Below, piece by piece: positions 56,813-64,000 of a stretch of DNA of 64,000 bases (position 1 is the first letter of the stretch; each line of letters opens with the position of its first letter). Made by a program: the position numbers and the translations under genes. This DNA is from Flavobacterium sp. Lineage in GTDB: Bacteria; Bacteroidota; Bacteroidia; Flavobacteriales; Flavobacteriaceae. Location: positions 41,159 to 105,158 of the forward strand of contig JAYPZA010000002.1 of the NCBI GenBank assembly GCA_038136095.1, in the 5' to 3' direction. The notes under the pieces are model-generated. The model was not told where the DNA came from. It saw only the letters and a program-made list of their open reading frames with translations, and made no database searches.

Positions 56813-56835
56813 GATCTTAAATGTAATTGAATTAC

Positions 56836-58740
56836 TTACTTTATCATATCATAGCTTCGCTTGATAAAGTTTGTTAATTCCTCACCATGTAATAAGTTTT
56901 GAGATAGTTTTGCCAAATCAAAAGCTTGAGAAATTAAACGATTTCTTTTTTTATCTGTTTTGGTTTCAAGAATTTGCCCTACCAATTCATGATTTGTATT
57001 GACCACTAGGTTATACATCTCAGGTAAATTACCCATTCCCATCATTCCACCACCACCTGAGGCACTCATTTCTTTCATTCTTCTCATAAATTCAGGAACG
57101 GTTATCATAAAAGGAGATGCATTTGAGTCCATTGATTCCAATTGAACAGTATAAGTTTCCTTTGGAACTGCACTTTCAATCATTGGTTTCAATGTTTCTT
57201 TTTCTTCATCTGATAATTTAGAAATGACAGTATCTTCTTTCTTAATTAAATTGTCAATATGATCTGCATCAACTCTAGTAAATTTAATTTTCTCATTTGA
57301 AGTTTCAAGCTTTTGCATCAAGTGTGAAACAATTGGAGAGTCTAGAAGAAGTACTTCGTACCCTTTGTCTTTTGCCGCTTGTATGTAGCTATGTTGAGCA
57401 TCTTTGTTTGCCGCATACAATACAATGTGATTGTCATCCTTATCTGTTTGTGCAGCTTTTGTTTTCTCTAAAAACTCGTCAAAAGTGAAAAAAGAATCAT
57501 CTACCGTTGGATAAAGAGCAAACTTCTTAGCTTTGTCAAAGAATTTTTCTTCAGACAACATTCCATATTCAATGATTACTTTAATATCATTCCATTTGGC
57601 TTCAAAATCTTCACGATTATTTTTAAATAATGATGCCAATTTATCTGCAACTTTTTTGGTGATATAACCAGAAATCTTTTTGACAGCTCCATCTGCTTGA
57701 AGATAGGAACGAGACACATTTAGAGGAATATCTGGAGAGTCAATAACTCCTTTGAGCATTTGTAAAAAGTCAGGAACAATACCTTCAACATTATCAGTAA
57801 CAAATACTTGGTTTTGATACAATTGAATTTTATCTTTTTGTAAGTCCATGTTTGGACTTAATTTTGGGAAGAATAAAATTCCTGTTAAATTAAATGGATA
57901 ATCCACGTTTAAGTGAATATGAAATAAAGACTCTTCAAATTGCATAGGATACAATTCTCTGTAAAAATTTTTATAATCTTCGTCTTTTAAATCAGCAGGT
58001 GTTTTTGTCCACGCAGGAGTTGTGTTATTGATGATATTATCTACAGTAATTTGCTTATGCGGCTCAGTAGTTTCCTTACCATCTTTGTCCTTAGTTGTTT
58101 TAGGGGTAAAATCTGGGTCATTTATTTCTTTGGTACCAAATTTAATAGGTACTTGATTGAAACGATTGTATTTATTGAGAAGCTCAGAGATTTTAGCATC
58201 TTCTAAAAACTCTTGAGAATCTTCAGCGATGTGCAAAATAATTTCAGTACCTCGATCCGTTTTATCATGTTCTTCCAAGGTGTATTCAGGAGAGCCATCA
58301 CAAGTCCAATGTGCTGCAGGTTCTTCTTTGTAGGATTTGGTAATGATTTCTACTTTGTCTGCAACCATAAAAGCAGAGTAAAATCCTAATCCAAAATGAC
58401 CAATTATGCCTGCTTCATTGTCTTTGTATTGATCTAAAAATTCCTCAGCACCTGAGAATGCAATTTGATTGATGTATTTTTCTACTTCTTCAGAAGTCAT
58501 TCCAAGACCTTGATCTTTGATGGAAAGAGTTTTCGATTTTTTGTCAATACTGATTTCAATTTTTGCATCTCCTAGTTCTGTCTTGGCTTCACCAATAGAA
58601 ATAAGATGTTTTAATTTTGAGGTAGCATCGGTTCCATTAGAAATAAGTTCACGTAAAAATATTTCATGATCGGAATACAAGAATTTTTTAATTAATGGAA
58701 AGATATTTTCTACCGATACATTAATGTTTCCTTTACTCAT
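56836..58740 (-). CDS. htpG: Molecular chaperone HtpG (Hsp90)
   Basis: IFLRELISNGTDA, GHFGLGFYSAF. A -7 box at 58794-58801 lies inside the ORF-track extension, so the ATG at 58740 (MSKGNINVS) is preferred. Confidence 0.93.
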   Translation of the reverse strand: MSKGNINVSVENIFPLIKKFLYSDHEIFLRELISNGTDATSKLKHLISIGEAKTELGDAKIEISIDKKSKTLSIKDQGLGMTSEEVEKYINQIAFSGAEEFLDQYKDNEAGIIGHFGLGFYSAFMVADKVEIITKSYKEEPAAHWTCDGSPEYTLEEHDKTDRGTEIILHIAEDSQEFLEDAKISELLNKYNRFNQVPIKFGTKEINDPDFTPKTTKDKDGKETTEPHKQITVDNIINNTTPAWTKTPADLKDEDYKNFYRELYPMQFEESLFHIHLNVDYPFNLTGILFFPKLSPNMDLQKDKIQLYQNQVFVTDNVEGIVPDFLQMLKGVIDSPDIPLNVSRSYLQADGAVKKISGYITKKVADKLASLFKNNREDFEAKWNDIKVIIEYGMLSEEKFFDKAKKFALYPTVDDSFFTFDEFLEKTKAAQTDKDDNHIVLYAANKDAQHSYIQAAKDKGYEVLLLDSPIVSHLMQKLETSNEKIKFTRVDADHIDNLIKKEDTVISKLSDEEKETLKPMIESAVPKETYTVQLESMDSNASPFMITVPEFMRRMKEMSASGGGGMMGMGNLPEMYNLVVNTNHELVGQILETKTDKKRNRLISQAFDLAKLSQNLLHGEELTNFIKRSYDMIK

Positions 58741-58793
58741 ATTTATTTGTTTTATAATTAAATTTATGAGAAAATCTATTTCAAAAAAAATAC

Positions 58794-58801
58794 CAAAGTT
58801 A
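58794..58801 (-). promoter_or_regulatory. -7 box TAACTTTG, candidate htpG promoter
   Basis: The plus strand reads CAAAGTTA. It is 54 nt upstream of the ATG at 58740. Confidence 0.42.
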
Positions 58802-58922
58802 GGATTGTGACAAGATGGCATATCTTTTTATTGAAAGGATCAATTACTCAGGTCAGTTTAAATTAGTATTTTTATTAATTCAAAAACAAAAAACAAATTA
58901 GAACAAAATCAATCACCCCTAT

Positions 58923-59930
58923 ATGTACAATTCTAAGATAACAGGTTTAGGATACTTTGTTCCTGAAAATATCGTTACCAATGATGATTTAAAACAATGG
59001 ATGGAAACAAGTGACGAGTGGATTCAAGAGAGAACAGGAATTAAAGAACGAAGATGGATAGATCCCGCAACTGGAGAAACAACGTCAACAATGGCAGCAA
59101 AAGCTGCAAAAATAGCTATTAAGAGAGCTGGATTGACGAAAGATGATATTGATTTTATCGTTTTTGCAACATTAAGCCCTGATATGTATTTTCCTGGAGG
59201 AGGAGTTCGAATACAAGACATGTTGGAGATGCCAACTATTGGAGCATTAGATGTCAGAAACCAATGTTCTGGTTTTATTTACTCTTTATCAGTAGCAGAT
59301 CAGTTTATTAAAACAGGGATGTATAAAAACATCTTGGTCATTGGATCTGAAAATCACTCCGGAGGATTAGAACGTTCAACTCGAGGAAGAAATGTTACTG
59401 TCATTTTTGGAGATGGAGCAGGAGCTGCAGTTCTTTCGAGATGTGAAGAGGAGGGGAGAGGAATTCTATCATCTCACTTACACTCTGAAGGGAAACACGC
59501 TAAAGAGCTAGCATTAGAGGGGCCTTCGACAGGTCGTTGGGTGCCAGAAATTATTGCCGAAAATAATCCTGATGATGTTTCTTACTATCCATACATGAAC
59601 GGTCAATTTGTTTTCAAACATGCTGTAGTTCGATTTTCTGAGGCGATTGTAGAGGGATTAAAAGCAAATGGTTTGGACAAAAAGGACATCGATATGTTGA
59701 TTCCTCACCAAGCAAATTTGCGAATTGCACAGTTCATTCAACGTAAATTTCAATTGAGTGACAATCAAGTTTATAACAATATTATGAAGTATGGAAATAC
59801 CACAGCAGCATCAGTCATAATTGCTTTAACTGAAGCCTGGGAGAAAGGAAAGATACATCAAGGAGATTTGGTAATACTCGCAGCTTTTGGTAGTGGATTT
59901 ACTTGGGGAAGTGTTGTTATTAGATGGTAA
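58923..59930 (+). CDS. fabH: 3-Oxoacyl-ACP synthase III
   Basis: NQCSGFIY (active Cys), PHQANLRI, GNTTAAS. Confidence 0.9.
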   Translation: MYNSKITGLGYFVPENIVTNDDLKQWMETSDEWIQERTGIKERRWIDPATGETTSTMAAKAAKIAIKRAGLTKDDIDFIVFATLSPDMYFPGGGVRIQDMLEMPTIGALDVRNQCSGFIYSLSVADQFIKTGMYKNILVIGSENHSGGLERSTRGRNVTVIFGDGAGAAVLSRCEEEGRGILSSHLHSEGKHAKELALEGPSTGRWVPEIIAENNPDDVSYYPYMNGQFVFKHAVVRFSEAIVEGLKANGLDKKDIDMLIPHQANLRIAQFIQRKFQLSDNQVYNNIMKYGNTTAASVIIALTEAWEKGKIHQGDLVILAAFGSGFTWGSVVIRW

Positions 59931-59989
59931 TTTATAATTGATGAACCAATATTTAACCACAATAACTTTATGAAATACTGTTCAATACG

Positions 59990-60238
59990 ATGAAAAATAG
60001 ATTTTTAAGAGTTGGTATAATTACCTTGATTGTTTATATTTTATATCTAAGTGTGTTTGTAGAAGATGTTGTTGATAGTGCAGTACCCAATCAGAAAAAT
60101 TCCATTGGAACTGAGGATAAGGTTATGAAAATTGATACAGTTTTACGGGATAAAGGAGTTCTTAAAGTTGATACGGTGTCTTCAAAAAATTCATCCACGA
60201 AGTCTAATGTTATAAAAATCAATCCCCCCAACGAGTAA
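59990..60238 (+). CDS. Small hypothetical membrane-anchored protein
   Basis: 82 aa with one N-terminal hydrophobic helix. No other support. Confidence 0.3.
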   Translation: MKNRFLRVGIITLIVYILYLSVFVEDVVDSAVPNQKNSIGTEDKVMKIDTVLRDKGVLKVDTVSSKNSSTKSNVIKINPPNE

Positions 60239-60277
60239 GGTTTTCATACAATTCAATAACTTAATTTATTGAAGGTC

Positions 60278-61198
60278 TTAATTTTTGATTGAAAAAATTT
60301 TTCCAGATTCAGCTAAATCCACATTTTCAAAGACCGCTACCGCCTCTTCTAAAAATAGAGAAGTATCTTTGTATCGACTTGAATAATGTCCTAAAATTAA
60401 TCTTTTAACTGTTGCTTTGTTAGCAATTTTGGCAGCTTGTTTTGCAGTGGAGTGCCTGGTTTTTGAGGCGAGTTCTTCTTTGTCGGATAAAAACGTGGAT
60501 TCGTGATATAACAAATCTGAATCTTTGATAATTTCGATGATATCTTCTTTGTACGAAGTGTCGCTACAATAGGAGTACATAAGAGGTTTTTCTGGATCTT
60601 TAGTGAGTGTTGAGTTTTTTATAATTTGACCTGAGGATAGTTTAAAATCTTTTCCAACTTTTAAGTTGTTGTAATCACATACTTCAATTTCTTCAAATTG
60701 ATTGATGGTATCCATATCTAATTTTCTTGGTTTTTCTTTTTCCTTAAATAAAAATCCGTTGGTATAAACTCTGTGATCTAATGGAATTGTATAAACTTCA
60801 ACTTTTTCATCTTCAAAAATAAGTTCACTTTGATGGGAAGTCAATTCATGAAAAATCAATTCAAATTTGATCGTAGATTTGGAGTATTTTAGCTGTAATA
60901 GAATAATTTCTTGAATTCCTTTTGGTCCGTAAATAGTTAGTTTTTTTTCTCTATTTAGGATTCCGAAAGTAGAAATAAGGCCAATTAAACCATAAAAATG
61001 ATCTCCATGAAGGTGAGAAATAAAGACATGATTGATTTTAGAAAAACCTACCTTGTATTTACGCATTTGACTTTGTGTTCCCTCTCCACAATCAATTAAA
61101 AAATGTCTGGAATTGATTTCTAAGTACTGAGCTGTTGGGTGCGCATTTACTCTTGGTGTGGCAGAATGACAACCTAAAATCGTTAGGGAAATACTCAT
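60278..61198 (-). CDS. rnz: Ribonuclease Z (metallo-beta-lactamase fold)
   Basis: ISHLHGDHFYGL, HST, GHYS. Confidence 0.85.
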   Translation of the reverse strand: MSISLTILGCHSATPRVNAHPTAQYLEINSRHFLIDCGEGTQSQMRKYKVGFSKINHVFISHLHGDHFYGLIGLISTFGILNREKKLTIYGPKGIQEIILLQLKYSKSTIKFELIFHELTSHQSELIFEDEKVEVYTIPLDHRVYTNGFLFKEKEKPRKLDMDTINQFEEIEVCDYNNLKVGKDFKLSSGQIIKNSTLTKDPEKPLMYSYCSDTSYKEDIIEIIKDSDLLYHESTFLSDKEELASKTRHSTAKQAAKIANKATVKRLILGHYSSRYKDTSLFLEEAVAVFENVDLAESGKIFSIKN

Positions 61199-61296
61199 TT
61201 AATAAAAAAGTTTTATCAGCGATTAAATTTACAAAGTTGACGAAACGAACTTCTGCAAAATCTACTGCTTTTGAAGATTTTTTTAAAATATTTTGT

Positions 61297-61617
61297 TTAA
61301 AATCCCAAATCTCTTTCTATGGCCTCCATCTCCAGAAGATCTTTTGCTTCTTGGAGTGTAGGGACTAAGTTTAGATGTTCGGGAAAATTATCGATATCCA
61401 ATCCTTTGCTAATCAATATAAAAGACAGGTTATTTTTCTTAAGTGTTTTGGCTATTTTCTGAAATAACGGAATGTTTTTTTCAATGATATTTTCATTTTT
61501 TGAAAATTGAATCAATAAATGATTGTCATTAAATGAGAGAATTTTTTTTTCTAATTCAACTGCCGTCATCTCATCACCATTTACCAAAGTGTATTGGCTA
61601 CCGTTATGAATTTTCAT
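61297..61617 (-). CDS. Small acidic hypothetical protein translationally abutted to pyrB
   Basis: 106 aa with no Cys. Its ATG is 2 nt after the pyrB stop. No family recognised. Confidence 0.5.
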   Translation of the reverse strand: MKIHNGSQYTLVNGDEMTAVELEKKILSFNDNHLLIQFSKNENIIEKNIPLFQKIAKTLKKNNLSFILISKGLDIDNFPEHLNLVPTLQEAKDLLEMEAIERDLGF

Positions 61618-61619
61618 GA

Positions 61620-62549
61620 TTATCTCTTAATTTGTTGCGCAAGTAAATAAATGACAGCCATTCGAACAGCCACACCATTTTCTACTTGGTTTAAAATGAT
61701 GGATTGATCAGCGTCTGCTACATCACTGGTAATTTCTACTCCTCTGTTAATAGGTCCAGGGTGCATAATCACGACTTTTTTGTCAAGATTCTCTAAAATT
61801 TCTTTGTTAATTCCAAACAGTTTAGTGTACTCTCTCGTCGTAGGAAAATATTTAAGATCCATTCTTTCATGCTGTACTCTAAGAACATTGGCCACATCAC
61901 ACCATTCAAGTGCTTTTTTGATATCTGTTTCCACTTCAACACCTAAACTTGTGATGTATTTTGGTATTAAGGTTGTTGGGCCGCACACTTTTACTTGAGC
62001 TCCTTGCAATTTAAGTGCAAAAATATTTGACAAGGCAACTCTGGAATGCAAAATATCTCCAACGATCACAATCTTTTTGCCTTTGACCGATCCTAATTTT
62101 TCTTTTATTGAATAACTGTCCAATAATGCTTGAGTAGGATGTTCGTGTGTGCCATCTCCAGCATTTATTATTTTAGCGTCAACATGATTGGATAAGAAAA
62201 CACCAGCTCCTACATTGGGATGCCTCATGACAATGATATCAACTTTCATTGATAATATATTGTTTACAGTATCGATAAGAGTTTCTCCTTTTTTTACTGA
62301 GGATTGGCTTGCAGAAAAATTGATTACATCAGCAGAGAGTCTTTTTTCTGCTAATTCAAAAGATAATTTTGTTCTTGTGCTATTTTCAAAAAATAGATTA
62401 GCTATTGTGATGTCTCTTAACGATGGTACTTTTTTAATTGGCCTATTGATTACCTCTTTAAAATGATCTGCAGTTTCAAAAATAAGGTCGATGTCATTTT
62501 TGTTTAGATACTTAATTCCCAATAAATGTTCTACACTTAACTGCTTCAT
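61620..62549 (-). CDS. pyrB: Aspartate carbamoyltransferase catalytic chain
   Basis: ENSTRTKLSFE, HPTQALLD, HPGPINRG. Confidence 0.93.
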   Translation of the reverse strand: MKQLSVEHLLGIKYLNKNDIDLIFETADHFKEVINRPIKKVPSLRDITIANLFFENSTRTKLSFELAEKRLSADVINFSASQSSVKKGETLIDTVNNILSMKVDIIVMRHPNVGAGVFLSNHVDAKIINAGDGTHEHPTQALLDSYSIKEKLGSVKGKKIVIVGDILHSRVALSNIFALKLQGAQVKVCGPTTLIPKYITSLGVEVETDIKKALEWCDVANVLRVQHERMDLKYFPTTREYTKLFGINKEILENLDKKVVIMHPGPINRGVEITSDVADADQSIILNQVENGVAVRMAVIYLLAQQIKR

Positions 62550-62551
62550 TG

Positions 62552-63091
62552 TTATTTATTATCTATATAGATGATGTCTTTTTTGTGAGATTCTTTCCAA
62601 TTTACAATAACTTTTTCTTCATTGATCGCATCCACTTGTTTCCCTTTATAGGTAGGTTGAATGGGTAGGTGTCTACTAAATCGTCTGTCAATCAAAACCA
62701 ACAATTCGATATTATTTGGTCGCCCGTAAGATTGAATCGCAGTTAAAGCAGCTCTTACACTTCTTCCAGAAAATAAAACATCATCGATTAGAACAACATT
62801 TTTATCTTCAATTAAAAAATCGATTTGAGTATTGGTAGCTTCTAAAGGCTCATCTCTTCTTCTGAAATCATCCCTGTAAAAGGTGATATCTAGGAAACCA
62901 AGATTGATGTCTTTAACATGATAGTCTTGAGTTAAAATTTTTTCCAATCGTTTGGCTAAAAAACTACCCCTTGGTTGAAGCCCGATGAGAACTGTATTAG
63001 AAAAATTATTGTGGTTTTCGATTAACTGACAAGCTAGTCGATGAAGAATGATTTCAATTTCTTTTGAGTTTAGTAAAACTTTTTTGCTCAT
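62552..63091 (-). CDS. pyrR: Bifunctional pyr operon regulator / uracil phosphoribosyltransferase PyrR
   Basis: VVLIDDVLFSGRSVRAA PRPP loop. 179 aa. Sits 2 nt upstream of pyrB. Confidence 0.88.
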   Translation of the reverse strand: MSKKVLLNSKEIEIILHRLACQLIENHNNFSNTVLIGLQPRGSFLAKRLEKILTQDYHVKDINLGFLDITFYRDDFRRRDEPLEATNTQIDFLIEDKNVVLIDDVLFSGRSVRAALTAIQSYGRPNNIELLVLIDRRFSRHLPIQPTYKGKQVDAINEEKVIVNWKESHKKDIIYIDNK

Positions 63092-63129
63092 GAGAAATGT
63101 TTCAATTTAGCTAAGATGCTAAAGTTGTG

Positions 63130-63137
63130 CAAAGCTA
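63130..63137 (-). promoter_or_regulatory. -7 box TAGCTTTG, candidate pyrR-pyrB promoter
   Basis: The plus strand reads CAAAGCTA. It is 39 nt upstream of the ATG at 63091. Confidence 0.4.
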
Positions 63138-63292
63138 CTACAAAAAAAAGGGATGCACAAAATTTATCACTAGAATCAAAGAAAGCATCGTTTTTTAGTG
63201 GAATTGTTAATTAAATTGTTGAAAACAAAAGCGATTTTTTTTGAAGTGATTTGCAACAAATAGTACATTTAGAACATTAATTCAAATCATGA

Positions 63293-64000
63293 ATGCCTAT
63301 GTCATTGTCTAAGTTTGAATCAATGCTAAAAACCAATAGCATTTATTTTTTTGATTTGGTGGAGTTTGAAGAAATAATTATTCACTACCTTGATTCAGGA
63401 AAACATTCCCTTGCTAAAAAAGCTGTAAAACTAGGTTTAGAACAACATCCTTCCTCAGTGGTTCTTGAATTGCTAAATGTTGAAATTCTCATATTTGATA
63501 ACAGATTGAATAAAGCATCCCAAAAATTGAAAAGGATTGAATCATTAGATCCCAACAATCAGGAAGTGTACATTCAAAAGGCAACAATTCTCTCAAAAAA
63601 CGGCAATCATGCTGAGGCCATTAAAAATCTCAAGATTGCTCAGAAACATGCTGATGATAAGATGGATGTTTGGTCTATGATGGGAATGGAATATTTATAC
63701 TTAGATGATTATGAAAAGGCACGATTGAGTTTTGCAAAGTGTATCGAAGTTGATTATGAAGATTATTCTTCTTTGTATAATGTTGTTTATTGCTTTGATA
63801 TGGAAAAAAACCATGAGCAAGCAATCATTTTCTTAAATTCTTATCTGGATAAAAACCCCTATTGTGAAGTAGCATGGCACCAATTAGGAAGGCAATATTT
63901 TGTACTGAAAAGATTTAAAGAAGCTTTGACTAGTTTTGATTATGCTATTTTAATCGATGAGTCTTTCATCGGTGGATATCTTGAAAAAGCAAAAACACAC
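63293..64000 (+). CDS. TPR-repeat protein. The 3' end is cut by the window edge.
   Basis: Not in the ORF track, so I translated it by hand from the ATG at 63293: MPMSLSKFESMLKTNSIYFFDLVEFEEIIIHYLDSGKHSLAKKAV... The frame stays open to nt 64000. It shows repeated 34-aa A/Y/L patterns (AWHQLGRQYFVLKRFKEALTSFDYAILID). Confidence 0.6.
   Translation, partial: MPMSLSKFESMLKTNSIYFFDLVEFEEIIIHYLDSGKHSLAKKAVKLGLEQHPSSVVLELLNVEILIFDNRLNKASQKLKRIESLDPNNQEVYIQKATILSKNGNHAEAIKNLKIAQKHADDKMDVWSMMGMEYLYLDDYEKARLSFAKCIEVDYEDYSSLYNVVYCFDMEKNHEQAIIFLNSYLDKNPYCEVAWHQLGRQYFVLKRFKEALTSFDYAILIDESFIGGYLEKAKTH

Noticed and set aside
61297-61617. The small ORF behind pyrB could be a PyrI regulatory chain.
   Set aside because: PyrI is about 150 aa with a four-Cys zinc domain. 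This protein is 106 aa and has no cysteine. It is kept only as an unknown partner candidate.
63092-63292. A PyrR-binding attenuator might be expected in the pyrR-pyrB leader.
   Set aside because: I could not find the conserved PyrR binding loop (xxUCCAGAGAGGxx) or its complement. Only a weak TGTGCA...TGCACA repeat is present, and it overlaps the candidate -7 box.

Overview
This is an AT-rich, tightly packed 64-kb chromosomal segment that reads as a marine Flavobacteriia (Bacteroidota) genome. Supporting signs are a T9SS C-terminal sorting domain, repeated exact matches to the Bacteroidetes -7 promoter box TAnnTTTG, a PafA-type phosphatase, and a proteorhodopsin with Met at the tuning position. 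I call 63 protein genes (two cut by the window edges) and one tRNA-Lys(UUU). I see no rRNA, CRISPR array, transposase, integrase or phage genes, and no recognisable defence system.

Most of the content is housekeeping:
- Central metabolism: carA, eno, gltA, gcvP.
- Chaperones and proteases: dnaK, htpG, ftsH.
- Cell wall, lipid and cofactor genes: ddl, coaD, fabH, birA.
- Pyrimidine genes: pyrE, pyrR-pyrB.
- RNA and ribosome genes: rnz, rluD, L31.

Modules worth attention:
1. An 8-gene co-directional kynurenine / 2-aminomuconate tryptophan-catabolic cluster (25.07-33.66 kb). It contains an embedded SDR and an exported M20 peptidase, and lacks kynA, kynB and nadC.
2. A divergently transcribed proteorhodopsin-blh light-harvesting pair (36.87-38.55 kb).
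3. A translationally abutted PafA-like phosphatase and T9SS-secreted protein (7.35-10.15 kb).
4. A phospholipid string, cdsA-psd-ACBP-YceI-like.
5. A HAD phosphatase::SerA fusion.
6. A small unknown gene wedged behind pyrB.
7. An SDR + CIA30 pair.

I do not find a clear-cut novel system. The candidates below are gene-context hypotheses, not demonstrations. All product calls come from reading motifs in the supplied translations, and no database search was possible. Several ORF-track starts are probably too long, because exact -7 promoter boxes fall inside the 5' extensions.
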